Position numbers and translations under genes: made by a program. A DNA stretch of 64,000 nt from an uncultured delta proteobacterium (lineage in GTDB: Bacteria; Desulfobacterota; WTBG01; CAIYCZ01). The notes beneath the pieces are model-generated. The model had not been told where the DNA came from. It searched no databases and saw only the letters and a list, made by a program, of their open reading frames with translations. Positions within the stretch are counted from its first letter, which is position 1. The number at the start of each line of letters is the position of its first letter. The DNA lies in assembly GCA_963803975.1 (NCBI GenBank), contig CAWDOY010000020.1, forward strand, positions 17,088-81,087, given 5' to 3'. Of the stretch, positions 1-10,917 are shown piece after piece.

Positions 1-61
1 CACGTTCTGCAGCAACCAGCACCAGAAATAAAACAAAAAACGGCTGAAGATTATAATGCAT
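1..61 (-). CDS. Partial membrane protein N-terminus (MHYNLQPFFVLFLVLVAAER...), possibly isoprenylcysteine carboxyl methyltransferase family; runs off the window
   Basis: Manual translation from ATG at 61 just downstream of the ACP gene; hydrophobic stretch followed by ER. Only 20 codons are visible. Confidence 0.3.
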   Translation of the reverse strand, partial: MHYNLQPFFVLFLVLVAAER

Positions 62-82
62 AGGCAGTTCAGTCGTTCCGCA

Positions 83-331
83 TCAGCAATGGTTTGTCTT
101 TTTTAAGATTAACTCTACTGCATCATTGACTGTCTTAATTGCCTGCATCTCTTCTTCCGTTACTGATATATGGTATTCATCTTCAACAGTGTTCACAAAC
201 TCCACAGCCCCCATGGAGTCCATTCCAAGGTCATCAGCCAGATTATTTGCCGGTTCTATTTTAATGTTCTTGGACATTAAAACCTGTCTGATGATATCCG
301 ATACTTTCTGCACAACCTGTTCTCGTTCCAT
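83..331 (-). CDS. acpP: Acyl carrier protein
   Basis: DLGMDSM phosphopantetheine-attachment motif, acidic ~82 aa, GGGAGG RBS before ATG at 331. Confidence 0.9.
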   Translation of the reverse strand: MEREQVVQKVSDIIRQVLMSKNIKIEPANNLADDLGMDSMGAVEFVNTVEDEYHISVTEEEMQAIKTVNDAVELILKKTNHC

Positions 332-356
332 CAATCAACCTCCCTTGTCTGCGCAT

Positions 357-1592
357 TCACAACGTGCCAACAATCATGCACGCATTGGTGCCGCCAAAAC
401 CGAAACTGTTGGTTAAAACTTTATTGAGTTTTGCATCCCTGTTCTGTCTGACAATAGCATAATCCACAAATGCTGGATCAAGTTCCTCAATATTAACAGA
501 TGCAGTGATAAATCCGTGTTTCATCATCAGCAGGCAGTAGATAAGTTCATGGGCGCCGGCAGCACCGATACCATGACCTGAAAGAGCCTTGGTAGACGAA
601 ATAGGAACCCTGTAGTCACCAAAAGCCCTGTTGATAGCCAGGCACTCAGCAAGGTCTCCTGCCGGTGTTCCGGTACCGTGAGTATTAACATAATCTATTG
701 TTTCAACCGGAGACTGTGCCATTTCCAATGATTCCCGCAAGCACCGGTACGCTCCATCTCCCTGAGGATGGGGCTGGATTATATCATGGCCGTCTGAGCT
801 TGCGCCATACCCTATAACCTCGGCATATATGGGCGCTTTGCGCTTTCTGGCATGTTCCAATTCTTCAACGATAACAATGCCGGCGCCGCCGCTTATCACA
901 AAGCCGTCTCTTTTCTTATCATAAGGCCGTGATGCTTGCTGCGGTGTCTTGTTAAATGCAGTGGATAGAGCTGAGCGCATACCATCAAAATTTGCCGTCA
1001 TAATGGCCGACACTTCATCAGCCCCGCCAGCCAGAGCCATGTCACAGCGGTCGCTACAGATCAGTTCACAGGCATGGCCGATGTTATGCAGAGAGGTGGC
1101 ACAGGCTGAGCTTATGGAGTAGCTCCTGCCTTTAATACCATAAAAGTTAACCAGATTAGCGCTGCAGCTGCTGGTCATGCTCCTGGTTACACCATAGGGC
1201 GTGATTTTGCCATTATTTGAAAAAAGTTTTGCGCCTGCCTGATAGATTGGCTCTGTATTGGACACTCCGCTCCCCACAATACAGGCAACACGCTCAGAAG
1301 AAAGGTCTTCCAGAGCCAAACCACTGTCAGCAATAGCTTCCATTGATGATAAGGTAGAATATAATGCTGACATATCCATATATCTTGATTTTAATCCGAT
1401 TTTTTCCCTGGCAGCATCAATATCAAGCCCTTTTATGGTCCCGGCTACACAGCTTTTGAAACCCAGTTCAGCCCACTCCGGAACATAGGATAATCCGGAT
1501 TTATTATCTCGAAGTGACTGCAATACTTCCTGACAGTTATTGCCAATGCTTGAGATAATTCCGCACCCGGTTATTACTGCCCGTCTTTTCAT
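357..1592 (-). CDS. Beta-ketoacyl-ACP synthase (FabB-like)
   Basis: SSACATS catalytic Cys, NTHGTGT and SGHGIG His motifs, NSFGFGGTN C-terminus. Confidence 0.9.
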   Translation of the reverse strand: MKRRAVITGCGIISSIGNNCQEVLQSLRDNKSGLSYVPEWAELGFKSCVAGTIKGLDIDAAREKIGLKSRYMDMSALYSTLSSMEAIADSGLALEDLSSERVACIVGSGVSNTEPIYQAGAKLFSNNGKITPYGVTRSMTSSCSANLVNFYGIKGRSYSISSACATSLHNIGHACELICSDRCDMALAGGADEVSAIMTANFDGMRSALSTAFNKTPQQASRPYDKKRDGFVISGGAGIVIVEELEHARKRKAPIYAEVIGYGASSDGHDIIQPHPQGDGAYRCLRESLEMAQSPVETIDYVNTHGTGTPAGDLAECLAINRAFGDYRVPISSTKALSGHGIGAAGAHELIYCLLMMKHGFITASVNIEELDPAFVDYAIVRQNRDAKLNKVLTNSFGFGGTNACMIVGTL

Positions 1593-1644
1593 TCTGCATG
1601 CCCTTATCTGAAGTTACCCATTTTATTTTCAATGATTTGATATG

Positions 1645-1673
1645 CTTATAAGTTCTCTTGCCAATTTTGTCAA
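1645..1673 (-). promoter_or_regulatory. Putative sigma70 promoter for the KS-ACP operon
   Basis: TTGACA-N17-TATAAG on the minus strand ~50 bp upstream of the start at 1592. Confidence 0.55.
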
Positions 1674-1756
1674 TAAATTTTCTTTTGCTAAATTTTATGC
1701 TCCAAAACAAAACATGGTTAACTAATTTGGCAAATAAAATAAACTAAACATTTTTA

Positions 1757-1808
1757 TTGACATGCCTTTTTTAAGCTGATAGGCTCTGACAGGTCTGATA
1801 CCTGTTAG
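1757..1808 (+). promoter_or_regulatory. Putative sigma70 promoter followed by an inverted-repeat operator
   Basis: TTGACA-N17-TAGGCT (1757-1785) directly followed by CTGACAGGT-N5-ACCTGTTAG (1786-1808). Confidence 0.5.
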
Positions 1809-1907
1809 CCATTTAAAGATAACAAGAGGTATTAGACCACCCATCACTGCAAAATCTGCTTCAGTCATTCAACTTGTTAATGCAATCTAACTTGAAAGGA
1901 ATGATAG

Positions 1908-2099
1908 ATGGCTTATACAACCAAAGAATTTCTGGAGAAAGTTAACATTTCAGAAGCTACCCTTCGTCGCTGGATCTCTGAGAAGAATCGCGTACCAGAA
2001 CTCAACTCTGCCAAGAAGGATTGGAGAGGATGGAGGATGTGGGAAGAATCACATGTCAAAGCGGTACTTGCTTATAAGGCCAAAAGAGAAAATATATAG
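1908..2099 (+). CDS. Small MerR-type HTH DNA-binding protein
   Basis: ISEATLRRW and RGWRMW pattern typical of MerR HTH; GAAAGGA RBS. Confidence 0.75.
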   Translation: MAYTTKEFLEKVNISEATLRRWISEKNRVPELNSAKKDWRGWRMWEESHVKAVLAYKAKRENI

Positions 2100-2159
2100 C
2101 TATATAGATTATATAAATATGCATATAATTATTTCTCTTACTATACATCAGGAGGTGCT

Positions 2160-3416
2160 ATGAATAATAATTACCGTGATCGAAGAGTGGTCATAACAGG
2201 CCTCGGAGCAGTAACGCCCATCGGGATCGGCATTGAGGCTTTCTGGAATTCCCTCAAAGAAGGGAAATCCGGCATCGGGCCTGTTTCATCTTTTGATGCT
2301 TCCACCTTCCCTTCAAAGGTTGCCGGAGAAGTGAAAGACTTTGACCCCACTGATTACATGGACCCTCAGAGCGCTAAAAAGATGGATCGTTTTGCCCAGT
2401 TTGCTGTGATCAGCTCCCAGATGGCGATTGCTGATGCGGGAGTAAAGATTGATGAAAGCAATGCTTATAAAATCGGTATTATAGTCGGTTCTGCTATGGG
2501 AGGGATTCCTCTGGCCGAGCACCAGCATACTATCTTTCTGGAAAAGGGTCTTAAAAGAATCAGCCCCTATTTGAACAGCAGTCTTTTCCCTGGCGCGGCA
2601 GCAAGTCAAATTTCTATAGTGCTTGGCATTAAAGGATTCAGCAATACTATTGCGGGCGCATGTTCCGCAGGATCGGACTCGGTCGGCTATGCCTATCAAT
2701 GTATTCAAAATGGTATTTTAGACGCTTGTTTGGTGGGCGGATCAGAGGCACCGATTGCACCGTTAACGCTCGGGTCTTTCTGTGTCATTAATGCAGTATC
2801 AACGCTCAACGATCCCCCGGAAAAAGCTTCCCGCCCGTTTGATGGTATGAGAAATGGCTTTGTGCTGAGTGAAGGTGCAGGTATCATGTTTATGGAAGAA
2901 CTTGGCCATGCCCTGAAACGTAATGCTTATATTTATGGCGAAGTAATGGGGTATTATACAACCTTTGACGCTCACCATATGGTACAGCCGTCACCTGATG
3001 GCGAAGCTGGAACCTATTGCGTACGCAGTGCTCTTGCAGTTGCAGGCATACATCCGGAAGAGGTCGATTATATAAACGCCCACGGCACCTCAACACCGCT
3101 CAATGATAAAATGGAGACCAGGGTGGCAAAAAATGTTTTTGGCGACCGGGCCTATAAGATAGGCATCAGCTCCATTAAGTCCATGACCGGCCACTCCCTG
3201 GGGGCTGCGGGGTCAATCGAAGCAATAGCTTCTCTTCTCACCATAAAGCACCAATTTTTACCTCCCACCATTAATTACGGAAACCCTGACCCGGAGTGCG
3301 ACCTTGATTACATCCCGAATGTCGGCCGGGCTGCTGAAGTACATACCGTACTCTCAAATTCATACGGGTTCGGAGGGAAAAATTCAGCACTCATATTCCA
3401 AGGGTATAATCAATGA
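2160..3416 (+). CDS. fabF: Beta-ketoacyl-ACP synthase II
   Basis: RVVITGLG, AGACSAG, NAHGTST, TGHSLGAAG, NSYGFGG motifs; AGGAGG RBS. Confidence 0.9.
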   Translation: MNNNYRDRRVVITGLGAVTPIGIGIEAFWNSLKEGKSGIGPVSSFDASTFPSKVAGEVKDFDPTDYMDPQSAKKMDRFAQFAVISSQMAIADAGVKIDESNAYKIGIIVGSAMGGIPLAEHQHTIFLEKGLKRISPYLNSSLFPGAAASQISIVLGIKGFSNTIAGACSAGSDSVGYAYQCIQNGILDACLVGGSEAPIAPLTLGSFCVINAVSTLNDPPEKASRPFDGMRNGFVLSEGAGIMFMEELGHALKRNAYIYGEVMGYYTTFDAHHMVQPSPDGEAGTYCVRSALAVAGIHPEEVDYINAHGTSTPLNDKMETRVAKNVFGDRAYKIGISSIKSMTGHSLGAAGSIEAIASLLTIKHQFLPPTINYGNPDPECDLDYIPNVGRAAEVHTVLSNSYGFGGKNSALIFQGYNQ

Positions 3417-4403
3417 AAACATTAGTCACCGGTGCTACCGGATTTATCGGGACACATTTAATCAAAGCACTTGTGAATGAAGGACGGGATGTTAGATGTC
3501 TTACAAGAACACCGGACAATAAAAAAAAATAGAGGAACTTGGCGCTGAAGCTTTTGTTGGTGATTTGCTTAAAACCAATTCTTTGTCTGCAGCATTAAAA
3601 GGTGTCAATGTAATATATCATCTCGCAGGAGAAGTATATTCCCGGAATGTTAAGGACTATGTCGCGGTCAATGTTGCGGGAACGCAAAATCTTTTAGAGT
3701 GCTGTCGCAACAATGGAATAGAAAGGTTTATTCACTGCAGCAGCATTGCAGCAGCCGGACCAAACCCCGATATAAACACCCTGCTTACTGAAAACCTATC
3801 CCTGCAACCCCATAACGCCCTACGGACAAAGCAAACTTGAAGCTGAAAAAATTGTCTTACACTATTACGAAACATTCAAACTCCCTGTCGTCGTCATCAG
3901 ACCTCCCACGGTGTACGGGCCGGGGCAATCAGATGCCATTACTGAGTTTTTCCGGCAGGTAAAAAAGGGGAAATTCTATATCATTGATGACGGGCAGTAT
4001 CTGAGAAGCCTTTGCTATGTAACAAATCTTATAGACGGATTCATTCTTGCAGAGAAAAAACGCGAGGCAGTGGGTGAAATATTTTATATATCTGACAAAG
4101 AGGTATATACATTCAAGGAAATAGCCTTGAAGATTGCTGAAGCAGAGAATATAGAACTTGTTTTTGTGAATTTACCTTCCGCGATTGCAGACACTGCAAT
4201 GTTTACTTTCAATTTTTTACAAAAATATTTCAATTTAAATCATTTTAAAACTATACACCATTGGCACTCTGAAAATAAATTTAGGCTGCAGCATATTAAA
4301 AGCTGAAGAAATACTATCTTTTAAACCGAATATAGACTTAAGAGAAGGAGTTCAAAGAACACACCAATATCTTGTAATCAAAAAACGCAGTATAACAGAA
4401 TAG
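3413..4403 (+). CDS. NAD-dependent epimerase/dehydratase (frameshifted, probably sequencing errors)
   Basis: Manual translation: MKTLVTGATGFIG Rossmann motif from ATG overlapping the fabF stop; YGQSK catalytic motif; fragments 3565-3840 and 3911-4306. Confidence 0.8.
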
Positions 4404-4432
4404 AATTTTTCACTCGTATTAATTTAACTAAA

Positions 4433-6572
4433 ATGTTTACTGCACTATTGCTTCCACATATTACGATAATGTTGTCGTCCCTTATATTGGGGGCTTTGTT
4501 TTTTTTAAAAACAGACGCGGACTCGTTAACAAGTCATTTTTTTATGTATGCCTCAGCATCATCATATGGACCTTTGGGTTGCCTGCAACGATTACCGCTT
4601 CCAGCATTGAATCTGGAACATTCTGGGGAAATTTCTTTATATTGGCGCTATCTTTATACCGGTTTATTTCAACCGTTTCATTCTCGCGCTCATTAATCAA
4701 ATTACCCGAAATCAAAACTTTTCCTCGCTGGTGAAATACTGTTATGCGGATTTCTTCTCTTTCTCCTGAAAACCGGGTGGTTAATTGAAGGCGTAAACCC
4801 CTCTTCTATTTACAAATATTATGATGTGCCAGGTAAAGCCTTTCCCCTGTTTATCATTTTTTTCGCCAGCTATATTTTTTATTCCAATTATAAATTAGTC
4901 CAGGCCTTAAAAAAGTCTTCAGGCATAGTAAGAATCAGATTAAGTATGTTTTTATTGCCTCTGCTGTTGGTTTTGGGGGTGGAGCTCTCACCTTTATACC
5001 ATTGTATGGAATCAATTTTCCTCCTATCGGCGGTCTATTTGCTTGCCGCTTTTCCGGTAATCTTAGCCTACTGCAATCGTAAAACATCGCCTCATGGACG
5101 TAGAGTTTGTCATCAGAAAGGGAGTTATTTACGCTTATGCGTCTTTCCTGCTGCTCATTCCAATCTTTTTATTGACTGTGGGGGCCCAGCTGTATACATT
5201 TCAAAAAACGAACCTTGCTTTTTCCTGCTTTGTTTTCCTGTGCATGATCATCGCAGCGTACCTTTTCCCTAAAGTGCGGCTACAGGCAGAAACAACCGTA
5301 GAACAATACATTTTTAAAGATAAATATGACTACAAAAAAACCATCAGCGATCTCAGCAGGGCGATGGTTTCTATCCTCGATATAAATGAACTGTGTAGAA
5401 AAATCATCTCAACAACAACTGAAGCTCTGAAGGTGGCTAAAGCTTCGGTCTTTATCTTCAATGAAGAAAAAGATGCCTTTCTTTTATGCGACGCCCGCGG
5501 GCTTGAAGGGTATACCATTGCGAACAGCTATCGAAAAGACGACCAGTTTTTTAAACTGCTTGAACGACGCCGGGAAATCACTATCCGTGAAGAGCTGGAA
5601 CGCTATCAACATAATCCTGATATGCAAACCATTTACCAGATGATGACCCGGATGGGAGCAGAGACCTGCATCCCGTTAATTGCAAAGCAGCGGCTGATAG
5701 GCATTGTCAACCTGGGCATGAAGGGCAACAAAAAGATGTATACCCATGAAGACCTGGAACTGCTCACAACGCTTGCTAACAGCGCCACCATTGGAATTGA
5801 AAATGCCCAGCTCTATGAAAATCTGAAAAACACGAAAAAGATCATGCTCCGCGCGGACCGCCTTGCCTCGCTCGGCACCCTTGCCGCGGGTCTTGCCCAT
5901 GAGATCAGAAATCCTCTGGTCGCCATTAAAACCTTTACCCAGCTGCTGCCCGAACGGTTTGATGATGAAGAGTTCCGCAACTATTTCACCACGGTGGCAG
6001 CCGGGGAAATTGACCGGATTTCTACGCTCATCACAGAACTTCTCGAATTCTCCAGGCCGTCCGGGCCGTTCTTTCAGCAGGAAAACCTCAATGATATCCT
6101 TGACAAAATGATAACCCTCATAAAAACCGAGGCAAAGCAAAAAGAACTGACAATTGAAGCGACACTTGCTGACGATCTTCCTACCGTCACCGTGGATAAA
6201 GAGCAAATGAAGCAGGTATTCATTAATATCCTGCTCAATGCCATACAGGCAACCCCGGAGAAAGGCACCATTTTAGTTGCAACCAGAAAAATCGTCAAAA
6301 GCAATGGCGGCCCCGGGTTTGTGCAGGTGGAAATCAGTGACACGGGCATCGGGATACCAGAGGAGGAACTGGATAAAATCTTTACACCGTTCTTCACCAC
6401 ACGAGCTAAAGGAAGCGGCTTGGGCCTGGCAATTTCACACCAGATCATACAGGAGCATGAAGGAACCATTGATGTAAAAAGTGTAGAAAAAAAAGGAACA
6501 ACCTTTACCATAAATCTTCCCACTAATCCGCTTATTCTAAAGCATAACAACAATGACCGACAAGTTAACTGA
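4433..6572 (+). CDS. Sensor histidine kinase with multi-TM N-terminus, GAF, HisKA and HATPase (N-terminal part frameshifted)
   Basis: H-box AHEIRNPL, N-box NILLNAIQA, DTGIGI, GSGLGL; hydrophobic fragments at 4433-5272. Confidence 0.85.
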
Positions 6573-8134
6573 CCCTGGTTCTGCTGGCCGCACACAATCC
6601 TCAGAAAAGGCATATGCTCCGGCAACGTCTTTTCTGCCGCCGTTTATCTCGCACCGGGAAATTCCCCCCGAGGCACTTTTTCCTCCTGCAGCACTTTTGT
6701 TGATACATAAAATTGCCCGCACAGCACTGCCGCTCCTTGTTACAGGGGAACAAGGACTGGGACAAGGCTATCTATCAAGGCTGCTCCATACAACAGGCTT
6801 TACCAAAGGCGAACCGTTTCTGGAACTGCACCTGTCAGCGGATAAAAGCGAAAATGCCGTGGAGGCGCTCTCTCATCTTCTGCAAACAATACATTCAGGG
6901 AACCCGTTTAAAGGCACGCTGCATATCCACGGCCTTGATAATGCCTCTTACCTCTTACAAACATGGCTCGTATCCATGCTTGAACACGAAACCGTGCGTT
7001 TCCCTGATGGCCGGCAGGTCCGTTTTGAAGGCCGTATCGCGGCAAGCGTCTTTCAACCGCTGGAACAGGTGTTAGCCCACAGCGGTATGGTGCCCGCACT
7101 GATCTATAAAGTAGCCATCGCGCCGGTACTGCTGAAGCCCTTACGTGAACGCAGCAATACCATTCCGCATCTCGCTGATATCTTTATAAGAGCCTATGAA
7201 AAGCGCCTCCTGGTAAACACGAAGAAAACTTACCCCGCAAGCGATACAGTGCCTTCAGGACTATCCCTGGCCGGGGAATGTGAGCGAGCTTGAAAGTGTG
7301 GTGTATCGCTCTCTCCTGTTTTCATCTTCTTCATCTCTGGGCGCAGAAGATATTATATTCGAGATGGAACCACAGCGCACCGTTCCCGCTGACGATGCCG
7401 CAACGCTTGCACCGCAACATGATCCCCTGCCTGAGCATCAGGTCACGGCTGGCTCGACACTTGAACTTTCAATAGCCAATCTGGTTGCAGAACTTTCCCA
7501 TGAAATTAAGAACCCGCTCGTGGCTATTAAAACGTTTATTCAACTCCTGCCCGGTCATATTAATGACCCTGAATTTCTGTCAGATTTTTTTGGTGTGGCA
7601 GCAACGAGCATTGATCGCATCGACTATTTAACTGAGCGGATGCTTGAATTTGCGAAGTTGAGTCAGCCCCGCGCTATGAGCATCCAGCTTGCTGCGGTGC
7701 TGCAGGAAGTCATGAAAAAAATTGGCTCCCTGACGCCGCCCCTCCAGATCAACTGGAACCCTGATGCATTTGAACATATACCTTCCCTGGATGCTGACCA
7801 GGAGCAGGTATGCTATGCCCTGGAAAACATATTGTTTCATATTGCCCACAATGCACCAGCCGGACAGATGGTTGAGTTTCGCGTGGATGAAACTCCCGCA
7901 GCCATAGCCCTGAGCATGTCCTATGCCGGGGAAAAGCAGGCGCAGGGACTTGCGTTCTCAAGTGCACAGGGTGAAATGATAAGCGATCTTAATGGCCTTG
8001 ATCTGTTTCTTGCACACCAGGTCTTGCAAAAAAATGCCATTCGCTGTACAAAGGATACTGAACATACTAAGACCATCATAACCATCCAGTTCCCCCGTGC
8101 CATGAAGATCGCAGAAGGAGATAGCTCGAGATGA
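6553..8134 (+). CDS. Degenerate sigma54-activator AAA+ domain fused to a HisKA and a degenerate HATPase-like domain (frameshift near 7230-7280)
   Basis: LVTGEQGLGQ, PLRER and (Y)PWPGNVSELE bEBP remnants join across the frameshift to SHEIKNPLVAIKTF. Confidence 0.65.
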
Positions 8135-9510
8135 AAACAATCCTCATTGTGGATGACGAACTCGCAACCCGTGAATCGCTGAGAATGATACTCAAGCGCC
8201 AGTACGATCTCATGCTGGCTGCAAGTGGAGAGGAAGCACTGATAATGCTTGAGACCGTGCAACCCGACCTTATTCTGCTGGATATCATAATGCCGGGCAT
8301 TGACGGCATGGAGACCCTGAAAAGGATAAAAGAGAAAAATCGTAAGCAGCAGGTGGTAATGATTACTGCCACCAAGACCGTGAAGACCGCAGTTGAAGCA
8401 ATGAAGCTGGGGGCCTTTGATTATCTCGAAAAGCCGTTTGACGTGAACGAAATAACCCGGGTGGTAGAGGAGGCAACCAAAAAGGAAGCGGCGCGGCGCT
8501 TCAAGGTCATCTGTGACCGATCGCAGATTATCGGCGAAAGCCAGCCCATGCAAAAAATCTTCGATATCATCCAGCACGTGACAGATCGGAAAACGACCGT
8601 ACTTATTTCCGGAGAAAGCGGTACGGGGAAAGAGCTGGTTGCCCGAGCCATCCACTTTAATGGGCCGCGGCGCGATAAACCGTTTGTCGCAATCAATTGT
8701 GCCGCCATACCGGAAACGCTTATCGAAAGCGAGCTCTTCGGCCACGAGAAAGGTTCTTTCACCAACGCCTATGAGCGCCGCATCGGCCATTGTGAGCTGG
8801 CGCATCAGGGCACGCTGTTCCTTGATGAAATAACCGAGCTCTCACCCTACACCCAGGCAAAGATACTGCGGTACCTTCAGGAACGTGAGTTCATGCGCGT
8901 GGGCGGCAACAAGCCCATATCAGTTGATACCCGGCTGATAGCAGCGACGAATCAAAATCTTGAAGAGGCGTTGAAAAATAAAAAGATCCGTGAAGACTTC
9001 TATTACCGAATCAACATTGTGCCCGTGGTACTGCCGCCCCTCAGAGACCGCAGAGAAGATATACCCCTCCTGGTGGACTATTTTCTGCATAAATTAACTG
9101 CAGATGAGGGACGAGAGCCTCTGGAAATAACGGCAGATTCAATGGAAATTTTCAAAAACTACGATTGGCCGGGCAATGTCCGGGAAATGGAAAACCTCAT
9201 CGAGCGGCTTGTTGCCCTCTCCCTGGATGGTGTCATAACGCCGGCAACCATTCCCCAGCATATCTGCCAGAATAATGGGCCGGTCGTAACTGATAAATTT
9301 AATGATACCTATAATCAAGATGTGCTGAATGGCAGGATGTCACTTGAAGAAGCGGAATCTGAATTTAACCGCGATATTATTTTAAATGCGCTGGAGAAAT
9401 CTGATTACGTCCAATCACGGGCAGCCAAGATGCTCGGTATTACCCGAAGAATTCTCAAATATAAAATGGACAAACTGGGGATCAGCAGTCCGGATGAGGA
9501 AGCATTATAA
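8131..9510 (+). CDS. Sigma54-dependent response regulator (NtrC/AtoC family)
   Basis: REC domain, [31 protein letters not shown]-terminal Fis HTH. Confidence 0.95.
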   Translation: MKTILIVDDELATRESLRMILKRQYDLMLAASGEEALIMLETVQPDLILLDIIMPGIDGMETLKRIKEKNRKQQVVMITATKTVKTAVEAMKLGAFDYLEKPFDVNEITRVVEEATKKEAARRFKVICDRSQIIGESQPMQKIFDIIQHVTDRKTTVLISGESGTGKELVARAIHFNGPRRDKPFVAINCAAIPETLIESELFGHEKGSFTNAYERRIGHCELAHQGTLFLDEITELSPYTQAKILRYLQEREFMRVGGNKPISVDTRLIAATNQNLEEALKNKKIREDFYYRINIVPVVLPPLRDRREDIPLLVDYFLHKLTADEGREPLEITADSMEIFKNYDWPGNVREMENLIERLVALSLDGVITPATIPQHICQNNGPVVTDKFNDTYNQDVLNGRMSLEEAESEFNRDIILNALEKSDYVQSRAAKMLGITRRILKYKMDKLGISSPDEEAL

Positions 9511-9561
9511 TGTGTTCATCTCTGCACAAATAGGTTTTTAGCTGTTTTATGAAGTTTATTC

Positions 9562-9592
9562 AATTGGTTATAAATTTATAACCAATTTTTTT
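9562..9592 (+). terminator. Perfect 26-bp palindrome plus T-tract: intrinsic terminator or activator binding site
   Basis: AATTGGTTATAAATTTATAACCAATT followed by a T run. Confidence 0.5.
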
Positions 9593-9719
9593 GCGCAAAA
9601 ACGTAGATTAACTTCAGTTTATCACTCTTCTTCCCTGTCACCCTCCACGACCCGTCATAAAATTATCATTATATTTCAGCAGGTTAGAACAATTAAATAT
9701 TAATACTAACTCTTTTACT

Positions 9720-9737
9720 TTGGCAAACTACTTGCAA
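9720..9737 (+). promoter_or_regulatory. Sigma54 (-24/-12) promoter
   Basis: TTGGCAAACTACTTGCA: GG-N10-GC consensus ~80 bp upstream of 9814. Confidence 0.75.
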
Positions 9738-9813
9738 AGTCTTCTGTTGTGATTAAATAACCCATGCCTCATCTCATTTCCTTAACATCTAAAAAAGGCG
9801 AGGAGAACTAAAA

Positions 9814-10917
9814 ATGACAGAAAAACCCAACATCCTGATTGTTGATGATGAACTTGGCCCCCGTGAATCATTGCGGATGATATTAAAGCCTTCCTATAAT
9901 GTCTTGATTGCTGAGGATGGCTACCAGGCCCTTGAAATAATAAAACAAGTACCCATTGATTTGATTACCCTTGACCTGAGGATGCCCGGGCTTTCGGGTA
10001 TTGATGTTTTAAAGGAGGTCAGAGAATCCAATAAAGATATCCAGGTAATTGTTATTACTGGTTATGGGTCATTGGGAACGATAACCACGGCAAGTCAGTA
10101 CGGAGTGTATGACTATATTTCCAAGCCGTTTAATGTTTCCGATGTGACGATGGTGGTACAAAAATCACTTGATAAAAAGAGATGCGGCACTGACATTAAA
10201 AAGCTCCTGGAAGATATCGGGACACTGCGTGGACTATCTAAAATAGACCGGACAAAAAAGATATTCGAGAAGTGTGCCTCCTTCATCAGGGATTTAGCAA
10301 AACAGGGCGTTACCATACGTAATGCCCAGGATAGGGCAAACGACCTGGACTGCATCAAATTTTTAAAACTGCTTTCAGATATTCTGCAAAACAAGACCCA
10401 CGTTCTGGCAGAACACGCAGAACGCATTCATTATTATACATCATTGTTTTGTAACGCTCTGCACCTTACCAATGAAGAAAAGGAAGTACTCGAGGTTGCC
10501 TCCTATTTTCATGACATTGGCAAGATAGGCATTGAGATTGAATATGCTGAATCTGACAAATATTGTGACGACAAGCAATCCCAGGAGTGGAGACAACATC
10601 CGGAACAGGGAGTTGCCATTCTTGCTCCCGTAAACTTCGCACCTGCAGTTCTTTCCGCCATCCTTCATCATCACGAGCGCTATGATGGCAAAGGTTTTCC
10701 TGATGGCCTCAAGGGCGATGAGATTCCTCTCGGTTCAAGAATTCTCAGAATTGCAAATGTATATGATGCCCTGCTCCTCGCAAAACCCTATCCTGAAACA
10801 TGTTCAAAACAAAATATAGCCCGGGAGCTTAACGGATACGGAGAAGGCGAACTTGATCCCCACCTTCTCCAGATATTTCTTAAAGCCATACAATGTAACG
10901 ATGAGAGGTTACAATGA
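9814..10917 (+). CDS. Response regulator with HD-GYP-like phosphodiesterase domain
   Basis: N-terminal REC; HDIGK, HHERYDGKGFP (GFP variant), IANVYDAL. Confidence 0.85.
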   Translation: MTEKPNILIVDDELGPRESLRMILKPSYNVLIAEDGYQALEIIKQVPIDLITLDLRMPGLSGIDVLKEVRESNKDIQVIVITGYGSLGTITTASQYGVYDYISKPFNVSDVTMVVQKSLDKKRCGTDIKKLLEDIGTLRGLSKIDRTKKIFEKCASFIRDLAKQGVTIRNAQDRANDLDCIKFLKLLSDILQNKTHVLAEHAERIHYYTSLFCNALHLTNEEKEVLEVASYFHDIGKIGIEIEYAESDKYCDDKQSQEWRQHPEQGVAILAPVNFAPAVLSAILHHHERYDGKGFPDGLKGDEIPLGSRILRIANVYDALLLAKPYPETCSKQNIARELNGYGEGELDPHLLQIFLKAIQCNDERLQ

